The notes beneath the pieces are model-generated. The model searched no databases, was not told where the DNA came from, and was given only the letters and a program-made list of their open reading frames with translations. The position numbers and the translations under genes were made by a program. From the NCBI GenBank assembly GCA_019873665.1, contig JAIOAV010000007.1, positions 9,840 through 73,839 on the forward strand: 64,000 nucleotides of DNA, read 5' to 3'. Source of the DNA: Chloroflexota bacterium (GTDB lineage: Bacteria > Chloroflexota > Anaerolineae > JAAYEA01). Below, piece by piece: positions 35,711-44,111 of the stretch. How positions within the stretch are numbered: the first letter of the stretch is position 1; each line of letters opens with the position of its first letter.

Positions 35711-37762
35711 TCAGCGAACCTCGTTCACGGTCTCGAACATGGCGATGATGTTCTGCGGCGGCACGTCCGCCAGGATATTGTGCACCTGTTGAAAAACAAA
35801 GCCTCCGCCCGGCCTGAGCAGGGCGATCTGCTGACGGACGTGCTGGCGCACCTGGTCGGGCGTGCCGCGCGAGAGGATTGTCTGTGTGTCGCACCCGCCG
35901 CCCCAGAAGGTCAGCGCGTCCCCGAAATCGCGCTTCAGCCCTTCAGCCTCCATGCCGACGCAACTGATCTGCACCGGATTCGTGGCATCCAGCCCCGCGG
36001 CGATGAGGTCGGGGAGGAGCATGCGAATGCTGCCGCACGAATGGAGCATGACCTTGACATTCGCCAGCTCCTTGGCGCGGTGCCAGAGGCGAGCGTGTCG
36101 CGGCTGGAAGAATTCGCGGTACATGGCCGGGGAGATCTGTGGCCCGTTCTGTGATCCCAGGTCATCGCCAAAGAGGATGATGTCAATGTAAGGGCCAACA
36201 GACGCCAGGTAACGTTCCAGGTTCTCCAGATGAAGCTCGGTCAGCCGCTCGAGGAACGCATGGGCGCGCGGCGCATCCGCTGCCAGGAGCATAAGAAAGT
36301 TGTCCATGCGATAGAGGAATTGCCCGTTCTCGAAAAGGTTGCCGCCGAAAAGGCCCACGATGGCGCGGTCGGTCTGCGCGCGCAGGCGGCGCGCGCCTTC
36401 GGCCAGACGCTGCGCGCCATCCGGCCCTGCCACCAACGGCCCGGGTGGTGAGGCCACGCCACCCCACATGTTGTCCTCCAGCGCCTCCGGCAGGCGATCC
36501 AGATCATCATCCTCTAGGAATGGCCAGTAGCATTGCTCGAAATAGAGCGCGCCATCTGGCATGCGACCCAGGATGTGCCCGCTCTTGCCGCGTAGCACCC
36601 ACTCTCCCTCGTGGCGCTCTGGCATCGCCCAGGCGGGCATCAGGCACGGCGTGCCATCCGGCAGCGTCCAGGGGGCCCAATTCTCTTCCTCCAGCGCAAA
36701 GCCGCGTCCTAGCTCGACCGTGTCCACGCCGAACAGGTCCAATACATCCTCATCTATGATCGCCAGTTGTTGCACCGGATCATAGACCCGCACCGGTCGC
36801 GGCGGCAGCCCCAGTGCCTGTCGCAGTTTGGGATACGCCAGCGCTGCGATGCCCGACGAGCGGTGCGCGCCGAAATCCAGCGGCACGCGATCCGGCGGCA
36901 CATGGTTCAGCGCCGCCAACACGCGCTCGCGGCAGGTCATGAAGTGGGAGGAAAAGACGGCTGACGCCTTGTGCTTTTGTGCGGCGAAGTGGAACGGCTG
37001 TCCGCCGATGATCTGGTCGCTCGTCAGCGTCGGACACCAGTGCGCCTCGATGTGCGCATGCATCAGCTCGGTCCCCGCGAAATGATCCACAAACGGGCGC
37101 TGGCGCGAGTTGTACATCGTATCGGTCATGTCGCGCACGAGCGCTACATCCATCCCTTGCAGCACAAGCTGGCGGATGCCAAAAGGGCGGCCCAGCACGC
37201 ACATGTTCTCGTGCACGCCCATGATGATGACGTGGCGGATGCCACGCTGGCGCAGGAGGTAGTACGCCTCGATGCTGTCGGTGATGGCGTCACCCTCGGC
37301 GATCTCTATGGTTGCGATCTGGCACGTCCACGGCCTCCCCTTGGGGCACGGCGGGTCGTCATCGCAGCCGCCGTCGGCGTCATCAATGGGCAACTTCCCC
37401 TCGCGCTCTGGCATCAGGTGTACCCAGTTCTGCAGCGGGATCGCGACCTCCACTGGCGGGGCGCTTTGCGCTAGGATGCGGCCCGGATGCCCGCGATAGA
37501 AATCCATCGTCCCACTGGGCGCGTGGATGATCAGCACGCCACGGTGGCGCAACTCGGCGGCCAGCGTGTTCATGTGTGGCGCCATCTCCGCGACGCGCGC
37601 AGCAGCCCCGCGGCACCAGTGGGTGTCCCACATGTCGCAGATGATGGCGGCTGTTTCCGCTGCCCGCCACGACACCACCTCCGTCACGATCGCGTACTGG
37701 CCGCTGCCCGCCGCTGTCTCTCGACGCGAGCGCAACTTCAGGGTGAGTATCTGGTCTGTCAC
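35711..37762 (-). CDS. Fusion protein: N-terminal isochorismatase-like (cysteine hydrolase fold) domain + C-terminal uroporphyrinogen-decarboxylase (URO-D)-like domain
   Basis: GTG start 7 nt after GGGAGGTGA (alternative ATG at 37777). N-terminal half AIICDMWDTHWC ... HVIIMGVHENMCVLGRPFG. C-terminal half RERVLAALNHVPPDRVPLDFG ... MLHSCGS ... NPVQ ... FQQVHNILADVP. No stop or RBS at the junction (~36940-36955). Confidence 0.7.
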   Translation of the reverse strand: MTDQILTLKLRSRRETAAGSGQYAIVTEVVSWRAAETAAIICDMWDTHWCRGAAARVAEMAPHMNTLAAELRHRGVLIIHAPSGTMDFYRGHPGRILAQSAPPVEVAIPLQNWVHLMPEREGKLPIDDADGGCDDDPPCPKGRPWTCQIATIEIAEGDAITDSIEAYYLLRQRGIRHVIIMGVHENMCVLGRPFGIRQLVLQGMDVALVRDMTDTMYNSRQRPFVDHFAGTELMHAHIEAHWCPTLTSDQIIGGQPFHFAAQKHKASAVFSSHFMTCRERVLAALNHVPPDRVPLDFGAHRSSGIAALAYPKLRQALGLPPRPVRVYDPVQQLAIIDEDVLDLFGVDTVELGRGFALEEENWAPWTLPDGTPCLMPAWAMPERHEGEWVLRGKSGHILGRMPDGALYFEQCYWPFLEDDDLDRLPEALEDNMWGGVASPPGPLVAGPDGAQRLAEGARRLRAQTDRAIVGLFGGNLFENGQFLYRMDNFLMLLAADAPRAHAFLERLTELHLENLERYLASVGPYIDIILFGDDLGSQNGPQISPAMYREFFQPRHARLWHRAKELANVKVMLHSCGSIRMLLPDLIAAGLDATNPVQISCVGMEAEGLKRDFGDALTFWGGGCDTQTILSRGTPDQVRQHVRQQIALLRPGGGFVFQQVHNILADVPPQNIIAMFETVNEVR

Positions 37763-37793
37763 AGTATCACCTCCCATTGTCTCAAACGACCGC

Positions 37794-38078
37794 CTAGCCC
37801 TGGTGCGAGACGTTGAAGCGCTTGCGCGGCGCATAGACGCGCGTGCCTGCAACCAGGGGTTCCGCCTGGGTCACGATGTTCACTACGCCGCGCGCGTTCA
37901 TGATGATCTCGTCCCGCGGGTCGCCGAGCACATCCTGGCAGAAGTAGAGCGAGCCACGCAGATTGAAGACATCCTCGCCATTCGGCAGAAACGGCGTCAG
38001 ATCCGGCAGGCGCCGCCCGCGATAGTCATACGCCCCCGCACGCGCCGCGTCGGCAACGATCAGCTCTCACGCTAGCAT
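37794..38078 (-). pseudogene. Promoter-proximal 94-codon reading frame interrupted by an in-frame TGA at codon 4 (possible gene remnant)
   Basis: ATG (38078-38076) CTA GCG TGA, then 90 sense codons ELIVADAARAGAYDYRGRRLPDLTPFLPNGEDVFNLRGSLYFCQDVLGDPRDEIIMNARGVVNIVTQAEPLVAGTRVYAPRKRFNVSHQG and TAG at 37796-37794. Verified codon by codon. Confidence 0.45.
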
Positions 38079-38128
38079 TTCCGCTTCTTTCCCGCCTTGG
38101 GCTCAAACTTTTCATCACTCGTGGGGCC

Positions 38129-38157
38129 ATTCTATGACAGGAGGGAGATGCTGTCAA
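38129..38157 (-). promoter_or_regulatory. Sigma-70-type promoter reading leftwards into the interrupted ORF and the isochorismatase::URO-D gene
   Basis: Minus strand reads TTGACA-N17-TAGAAT. Confidence 0.55.
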
Positions 38158-38180
38158 TCAAATGTATCGCCTGCGAGCGG

Positions 38181-38208
38181 TTGACAGTCGCCGCTGGCGC
38201 GCTAGAAT
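38181..38208 (+). promoter_or_regulatory. Sigma-70-type promoter for the GH35-like hydrolase gene
   Basis: TTGACA-N16-TAGAAT, ~38 nt before the ATG at 38247 (RBS GAGGAAGGAGG). Confidence 0.55.
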
Positions 38209-38246
38209 GAGCCCAAATATGTGCGAGCAAGAGGAAGGAGGCTGAG

Positions 38247-39845
38247 ATGACACCGATCAAGCGCGTCTTCATGGTGGATGGCAAGCCGTTCTTTCCCGTA
38301 GGTGGGCAGGCGCGCAATTCCAGCGGCTACAATGCCGCCGAAGCAGAGACCGCTTTCCGCGCCATCAAGCTGATTCACGGCAATACGGTGGAGATCCCGG
38401 TGTACTGGGAGCAAGTGGAACCAGAAGAGGGGCGCTTTGACTTTGCACCTGTCCAGACGTTGCTGGAGCTGGCGCGTGGATATGGCGTCAGGCTGGTGCT
38501 GCTCTGGTTTGGCACGTGGAAGAACGGCGACATGGACTATGTGCCGGCATGGGTCAAGACCAACCCACAGCGCTTTCAGCGCGTGATTTCACCCGGCGGC
38601 AAGGACCTGTGGGTTCTGTCATCGCATTGCTCGACCACGTGGGAGGCGGACCGCAACGCCTTTGTCGCGCTCTGCCGCTATCTGCGCGAACACGATGGCG
38701 CGGAGCATACCGTGATTGCGCTGCAGATCGAAAACGAGCCGGGCATCCTGGGCAGCGACCGCGACTATAGCCTGGCCGGGGAGGCGGCATTCCGCTCGCC
38801 CGTGCCGGCGGCGCTGCTGGATCAGATCAAGATGGTGCAGCAAAGCCGCCTGCATCCCATATGGCAGGCCGCAGGGGCGCGTGCGGCGGGCACATGGCCG
38901 GAGGTTTTCGGCGATGCCGCGGGAGAGCTAATGACCGCCTGGAGCATCGCCACTTACATTGACGGGCTGGCGGCGGCGGGCAAGGCGGTGCACGACATCC
39001 CGATGTACGTCAACGTCTGGTTGGGCGAATCGGGATGGGCTATCCCCGGCGAGAGCTATCCCTCCGGCGGCGCGGTGAGCAAGGTACTGGATATCTATCG
39101 CTGGTGCGCGCCGCATCTCGACCTGATCGCGCCGGACATCTATATCGCCGACAGCCGCACCTACGAGGCGGTCTGCGCCACCTATGCGCGAGACGACAAT
39201 CCGCTCTTCGTGCCCGAATCGGCGCCGGGCGGCGCCAATGCCTGGAACATGTTCCGCGCCGTTGCCGAGTATGGCGCTATCGGCTATCACTTTTTCGCCG
39301 TGGAGCATATCGTGGCCGAGGATGGCGGGGTGCGGCCGGAGGCGCGATCGCTAGTGGATAGCTTCCGCTGCCTGGCCGCGGCTGCGCCGCTCCTGTTGCG
39401 CTATCAGGGCACAGAGCAGATACATGCCGTGGTGCAGGAGGAAAACCTGCACGCGCAGCGGCTGGATCTGGGCGCATATATCGGCCTAGTCGAACTCGGC
39501 GACGGGCCGCGCATCCACAAGGACTGGCGGCATCGCGATGCCCCCACGCAGGGCGAGAGAGGACGCGGTATCGTGGTGCAGGCGGGGCCGCACGAGTTCT
39601 ATCTGGTGGGCGCGGGCTACCGCTTGATCTTGCGACCCAAGCTGCCGCCGGCGCAGGCGCTGGACGCCTCGGTTTCCCGCGAACACTTGCTCACGCGCTT
39701 GGCGCACTATGTCCAGGTGGATGAGGGCCACTTCGACGCGGATGGCACATTTGTGGTGGATCGGCGGCGCAATGGAGATGAGGTGGATCACGGCGTGTGG
39801 GTGGAGGCGGACGTGGGCGTGGTGCGCGCTATCCTGTGCGAATGA
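38247..39845 (+). CDS. Clan GH-A glycoside hydrolase, GH35-like beta-galactosidase family with an extra C-terminal beta-domain
   Basis: 532 aa. NTVEIPVYWEQVEPEEGRFDF, LLWFGTWKNG and IALQIENEPG (acid/base Glu context) resemble GH35/GH42-type TIM barrels. The exact family needs a search. Confidence 0.65.
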   Translation: MTPIKRVFMVDGKPFFPVGGQARNSSGYNAAEAETAFRAIKLIHGNTVEIPVYWEQVEPEEGRFDFAPVQTLLELARGYGVRLVLLWFGTWKNGDMDYVPAWVKTNPQRFQRVISPGGKDLWVLSSHCSTTWEADRNAFVALCRYLREHDGAEHTVIALQIENEPGILGSDRDYSLAGEAAFRSPVPAALLDQIKMVQQSRLHPIWQAAGARAAGTWPEVFGDAAGELMTAWSIATYIDGLAAAGKAVHDIPMYVNVWLGESGWAIPGESYPSGGAVSKVLDIYRWCAPHLDLIAPDIYIADSRTYEAVCATYARDDNPLFVPESAPGGANAWNMFRAVAEYGAIGYHFFAVEHIVAEDGGVRPEARSLVDSFRCLAAAAPLLLRYQGTEQIHAVVQEENLHAQRLDLGAYIGLVELGDGPRIHKDWRHRDAPTQGERGRGIVVQAGPHEFYLVGAGYRLILRPKLPPAQALDASVSREHLLTRLAHYVQVDEGHFDADGTFVVDRRRNGDEVDHGVWVEADVGVVRAILCE

Positions 39846-39848
39846 GAA

Positions 39849-39878
39849 GGTAGGGGCATCGCGCGCGATGCCCCTACC
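39849..39878. terminator. Perfect 30-nt palindrome between convergent genes (bidirectional terminator-like)
   Basis: GGTAGGGGCATCGCG|CGCGATGCCCCTACC, located between the stops at 39845 (+) and 39890 (-). Confidence 0.55.
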
Positions 39879-39889
39879 CGGTTGTCGCT

Positions 39890-41083
39890 CTAGCCGAAGG
39901 TAACCTCTTCCTGCGACTCGATGGCCGCCTCGTCCAGCTCCATGCTTAGGCCGGGAGCGGTTGGCAGCGCGATATAGCCGTTCGCCGGCTGGATCTTGTG
40001 CTTGAGAAAGACGTTGCCCGTCAGCCCATACTGCAACAGCCACTCCTGCATCGGGCAGGTGGTGATCGCTTGCGACGCGATGAGGTGCGTCGAGGCGAGG
40101 CCGCCGTGATGCGGGATGACCGGAATGCCGTAGGCAGATGCCAGCGCGCAAATCTTAACCATCTCGCTCAGGCCACCCGCCCATGTGGGATCCGGCTGCA
40201 AGATGTCCACCGCACCCGCATCCAGTAGTGCCTTGATCCCCCAGCGCGTGTATTCGTGTTCGCCGCCGGCGATGGCGATGCCGCGCACGTTGCGCCGGAT
40301 CTCGGCGTATTGCGGGATCATATCCGCCAACACCGGCTCCTCGAACCACCAGGGGCGATACGGCTTGGCCAGCTCTGCCATGCGAATCGTGTACGGCACA
40401 TCCCAACTGCTCCACGCATCGAACATGATCTCCACATCCGGCCCCACTGCTTCCCGCACGGCGCGGATCAGCGCCAGGTTCTGGCGGACTCCCTCCTCGC
40501 CCTCTGTCGGGTCGTGTCGGAAGAACCACTTGGTGGCGGTGTAGCCCTGCGCCACTACCTCCCTGGCCCGTTGGGCCGCCAGCTCCGGCGCGATCGAGTA
40601 ACCGAGCATCGAGGCATAGACGCGAATCTTGTCGCGGCTGGGGCCGCCCAGCAACTGGTACACCGGCACATTGAGCAGCTTGCCTTTCAGGTCCCAGAGC
40701 GCCAGATCCACGTTGCTGATCGCCATCATGGTTGGCCCCTTGCGGCCGTGGATGGCGTGGCGATACATCTTGTCCCAGAGCCGCTCGATGGCGTGTGGGT
40801 CCTCGCCGATGAGGATCGGCGCGAGCTGCCCGGCGATGATGCGCGCGTTCTCGTCCCCGATGGGGCCAAACACGCCGCTAACACCAGCATTGGTGTCTAT
40901 GTAGAGAAAGAGCGCCTGCATGTGATACGGTGGGCCGCCACCGGCGGGACGTGGCCCCGGCCCGGCCTGCGCACGAAATTCCGGGTAGATGTCCACGGGG
41001 CGCACGAGTCGCTCTTCGCCCAGCGGCCCTTGGTAATCCCACGTCCCTCTGACGCGAACGAAACGCACACCGCTGATCTTCAT
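39890..41083 (-). CDS. Enolase-superfamily acid-sugar dehydratase, L-rhamnonate dehydratase (RhmD/YfaW)-like
   Basis: 397 aa. ISNVDLALWDLKGKLLNVPVYQLLGG, MFDAWSSWDV, WWFEEP, GGEHEYT and DILQPDPTWAGGLSEMVKICALASAYGIPVIPHHGG parallel E. coli RhmD blocks as I recall them. Confidence 0.7.
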   Translation of the reverse strand: MKISGVRFVRVRGTWDYQGPLGEERLVRPVDIYPEFRAQAGPGPRPAGGGPPYHMQALFLYIDTNAGVSGVFGPIGDENARIIAGQLAPILIGEDPHAIERLWDKMYRHAIHGRKGPTMMAISNVDLALWDLKGKLLNVPVYQLLGGPSRDKIRVYASMLGYSIAPELAAQRAREVVAQGYTATKWFFRHDPTEGEEGVRQNLALIRAVREAVGPDVEIMFDAWSSWDVPYTIRMAELAKPYRPWWFEEPVLADMIPQYAEIRRNVRGIAIAGGEHEYTRWGIKALLDAGAVDILQPDPTWAGGLSEMVKICALASAYGIPVIPHHGGLASTHLIASQAITTCPMQEWLLQYGLTGNVFLKHKIQPANGYIALPTAPGLSMELDEAAIESQEEVTFG

Positions 41084-41124
41084 CGCTTTCCTCCTTGCCT
41101 GAACCTCGTATTGGCCGTGGCCTG

Positions 41125-42000
41125 TTAGCGCACCGCCTCAGCCACGTCCTGGCGTGTTGCCGCGCTCAGGTGGCTGAAGCGGCGCACATATTCGGCGTTC
41201 AGCGCTACTTGATCCTCATATTCCGTGTACATGCCGACGACAACCGCATCGTTTGGCTTGATCTGGCGGAAGGTGTCCTGGAAGGCCTGCTCCACCCACT
41301 CCTGCCTGTCACACAGCCGACCTGCTGCGAGGATCTTGAACGCGAGGCACGGCTTGTCTGTCTGGCGCATGGCGGCGAACATGCGTGGCGGATCACTCTC
41401 CAAATACACCTCCCGGATCGGGATCGGCACATCGCCCAGCAGCGCCTTCAGCTCCTCGCGGGTGCGGTGCCGCTCATAGACGCAGCACATGAAAAAGTCC
41501 ACATCCCAGTCATGCGAAACGACATAATCCACGACAGCGGGCATATGCGTGGAGATGCCGACGAGGACCCCGGCATCGCGCACCTTGCGACAATACTCGT
41601 GCACCGCCTCGATCTGGCCGCCCTTGAACAGGCGGTCGGTAACCTCGCCGTGGTGGGCAATGCCGATGGCGCCGCCAGCCACCAGTTGCGCCAGCGTGTC
41701 CGGATGGGCGGGATCGTCGTGATCCAGCGAGATAAAGTGCATCCGGCCGCCCCGGGCGCGAAACGTTTTGTACGCCTCCAGGTTGATGAGGCCTGACTGC
41801 CACGCGTTGATCCCCACACTCTCGCACTCCTTTAGGAATGCCTGTATCCGCTCCGGGGTAAAGTAGCGCCGCATCTGCTGGTTGACAAAGCGCGAGAGGT
41901 GCGAGCCGCCATTGATGGGGTTCGCGCCAGCGATCAGGCGGGATAGCCGATATGGGCCAAACTCGATCTGCGGCATGCTTGGTGCTACGACGTCGGTCAT
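41125..42000 (-). CDS. Conserved-looking hypothetical protein, 291 aa, no family recognised; co-transcribed with the RhmD-like gene
   Basis: RBS GGAGGTGAAAG before the ATG. 41-nt gap to the dehydratase gene. Alternating beta/alpha-like pattern (GANPINGGSH, GIAHHGE, VGISTH, AFKILAAGR) hints at a TIM-barrel-type fold. Confidence 0.55.
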   Translation of the reverse strand: MTDVVAPSMPQIEFGPYRLSRLIAGANPINGGSHLSRFVNQQMRRYFTPERIQAFLKECESVGINAWQSGLINLEAYKTFRARGGRMHFISLDHDDPAHPDTLAQLVAGGAIGIAHHGEVTDRLFKGGQIEAVHEYCRKVRDAGVLVGISTHMPAVVDYVVSHDWDVDFFMCCVYERHRTREELKALLGDVPIPIREVYLESDPPRMFAAMRQTDKPCLAFKILAAGRLCDRQEWVEQAFQDTFRQIKPNDAVVVGMYTEYEDQVALNAEYVRRFSHLSAATRQDVAEAVR

Positions 42001-42045
42001 CTTTCACCTCCAAAATCGCCGGCAGCGCTGCCAGTGCGTGTGGTC

Positions 42046-42074
42046 AGTATATGCCGAGATGCTCTCCCCGTCAA
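42046..42074 (-). promoter_or_regulatory. Sigma-70-type promoter for the hypothetical/RhmD-like operon
   Basis: Minus strand reads TTGACG-N17-TATACT, ~45 nt upstream of the ATG at 42000. Confidence 0.5.
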
Positions 42075-42114
42075 TACGATGCGCGATTAGCCAGGACGGT
42101 GCGTCCTTTCGCTT

Positions 42115-42143
42115 TTGACACATCGGGCACTTTGCGGTAGAGT
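42115..42143 (+). promoter_or_regulatory. Sigma-70-type promoter for the 12.7-kb plus-strand carbohydrate operon
   Basis: TTGACA-N17-TAGAGT, ~42 nt before the ATG at 42186. A small palindrome AGGACG-gtg-CGTCCT (42093-42107) sits just upstream. Confidence 0.55.
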
Positions 42144-42185
42144 GCGCGGCAGCTATTGCGCCTCTACCCCAGAAAGGAGAGAACG

Positions 42186-42971
42186 ATGAGGGTTTCTGTG
42201 CTTTCATACTCATTCCGCGGTCTTTACAACAGGGGAATGATGGACATTTTCGGCTATCTGGAGACCTGCAAGTATCGCTACCACCTGGATGCGGCAGACC
42301 TCTGGGGCGGCTTTTTCCCGACGACGGATGAGGCGTTCATTCAGAAGGTGCGGGAGGCGCTGCACGAAAAGGGCCTGACACTGGCGGATATCGCCGTGGA
42401 TGAAGCGCACATCTGGGAGCCGGAAGCCGAAGTGCGCGAACATCACTACCAGCGGGCCAAGCGCTTCCTGCAGATCGCGGATACGCTGGGCGCGCGCTTT
42501 GTGCGCATTGACGCCGGCGGCGACCGCGACGCCGGCACGTGGACAGCGGAGCAATTCGATTTCATCGTCAGACGCTACCGGGAGTATGCACAGTGGGCGT
42601 ATGATCACGGCTTCAAGGTGGGCATCGAAAATCACTGGGGCCCGGAGCGGGAGTGGGCTAACCTGAAAGCGGTGTATGAGGCGGTGGATCACCCCGGTTT
42701 TGGCGTCTCCTGCCATCTGGGAGGGTGGAAAGGCACACCAGAGGAGCAGGCAGAGGCGGACAGGCTCGTTGCGCCTTGGGTGTCACACACGCATATCCCC
42801 TGGAACATCACGGAGGGGCCGCTGATGGAACGGCTCGGCAACCTGTGGCGCGTGAACTATGGTGGCTACTATAGCGTGGAGCACCACTCGGCCAAGAACG
42901 AGTATAGCGAGGTGGGCATCCAGTTGGCGCGAGTGCGCGACGCGCTTGACAAATTGCGTTTGGGCGAATAG
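42186..42971 (+). CDS. Sugar phosphate isomerase/epimerase family protein (xylose-isomerase-like TIM barrel)
   Basis: Start MRVSVLSYSF after [25 protein letters not shown] and YSVEHH are family-typical. Confidence 0.75.
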   Translation: MRVSVLSYSFRGLYNRGMMDIFGYLETCKYRYHLDAADLWGGFFPTTDEAFIQKVREALHEKGLTLADIAVDEAHIWEPEAEVREHHYQRAKRFLQIADTLGARFVRIDAGGDRDAGTWTAEQFDFIVRRYREYAQWAYDHGFKVGIENHWGPEREWANLKAVYEAVDHPGFGVSCHLGGWKGTPEEQAEADRLVAPWVSHTHIPWNITEGPLMERLGNLWRVNYGGYYSVEHHSAKNEYSEVGIQLARVRDALDKLRLGE

Positions 42972-42988
42972 GCCAAGAGGAGCGGGAA

Positions 42989-44092
42989 ATGACAGACAAG
43001 GTCAAACTGGGCATCATCGGCGTGGGTCAGATCGGCAAGAGTCATCTCAGGACCTACCAGACAATCCCGGAGGCGGAGGTGGTGGCTGCTGCCGACATCC
43101 AGCAGGATGAGCTACAACGCGTGGCAGAGCAGTACGGCATCCCCTATACCTACACAGACTATCATGAGCTGCTGAAAAGGGACGATATCCAGGCGGTGGA
43201 CATTTGCCTGCACAATCGCCTGCACCGACCGGTTACGGTGGATGTGCTACAGGCCGGGAAGCACGCCTACTGCGAGAAACCGATGTCGTGGACATACCAG
43301 GATGCCAAGGCGATGTACGATACCGCCAAGGCCACCGGCAAGATGTTGCACATCCAGCTGGCGCGCCTCTACCAGCCCACCACCGTGTGCGCCAAGCGCA
43401 TCATCGGCGAAGGCCATCTCGGCGAGATCTATGCGGTGCGCTCTATCCACTACCGTCGTCGCGGGCGGCCCTGGGTGGATGGCTACGGCTCCAAGGCGTT
43501 CGTTAACACCCAGACGTCGGGGGGTGGCGCTGTGATTGATATGGGGGTCTATAACATCTCGCGCATGCTCTACCTGCTGGGCAATCCGTCGCCCGTCAGC
43601 GTCTCTGGCGTCACTTATCAAAAGGTGGCCAACATGTACGAGGATCGGCGACTGAGCGGCAACTATAACGTCGAAGAGCTGGGCATGGCGTTCATTCGGC
43701 TGGCGGGCGGCATTACCTTTAGCCTGGAAGAGGCGTGGGCGATCCATGCGCAAAGCCCGGATGACGACCACATCCTGGGCAGCAAAGGAGGCTTGCGGCT
43801 GGAGCCGCTCACCTACTATACGACACTGGCCGATATCGAAATGAACGGCACGTTCGACGTGGATCAGGCGGTCTGGCGCTGGAACCAGTGCGATCCCACC
43901 ATGCAGCACTATGCCAACTCACAGCGCCATTGGATTTCGGCGTTGCTGGGCTACGTGCCGCTCTTAGACACGGCAGGGATCGCGCTCAACACCAGCTTTA
44001 TCAGCGAGGGCGTCTATATCTCCAGCTATCTGGGGCGAGAGGTCACTGCCGATGAGATCGCCGCAGCCAAGCCGGGCCTAGGCCGGGTGTAG
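42989..44092 (+). CDS. Gfo/Idh/MocA family oxidoreductase
   Basis: VKLGIIGVGQIGKSH Rossmann N-terminus and CEKPMS motif. 367 aa. Confidence 0.85.
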   Translation: MTDKVKLGIIGVGQIGKSHLRTYQTIPEAEVVAAADIQQDELQRVAEQYGIPYTYTDYHELLKRDDIQAVDICLHNRLHRPVTVDVLQAGKHAYCEKPMSWTYQDAKAMYDTAKATGKMLHIQLARLYQPTTVCAKRIIGEGHLGEIYAVRSIHYRRRGRPWVDGYGSKAFVNTQTSGGGAVIDMGVYNISRMLYLLGNPSPVSVSGVTYQKVANMYEDRRLSGNYNVEELGMAFIRLAGGITFSLEEAWAIHAQSPDDDHILGSKGGLRLEPLTYYTTLADIEMNGTFDVDQAVWRWNQCDPTMQHYANSQRHWISALLGYVPLLDTAGIALNTSFISEGVYISSYLGREVTADEIAAAKPGLGRV

Positions 44093-44111
44093 TGGCGCAG
44101 AGGCTCGCACA

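Noticed and set aside
38067-38069. TGA at codon 4 read as selenocysteine or programmed read-through
   Set aside because: No SECIS-like hairpin is evident immediately downstream, no selenoprotein family is recognisable, and position 4 would be atypical. A nonsense mutation, gene remnant or sequencing error is simpler.
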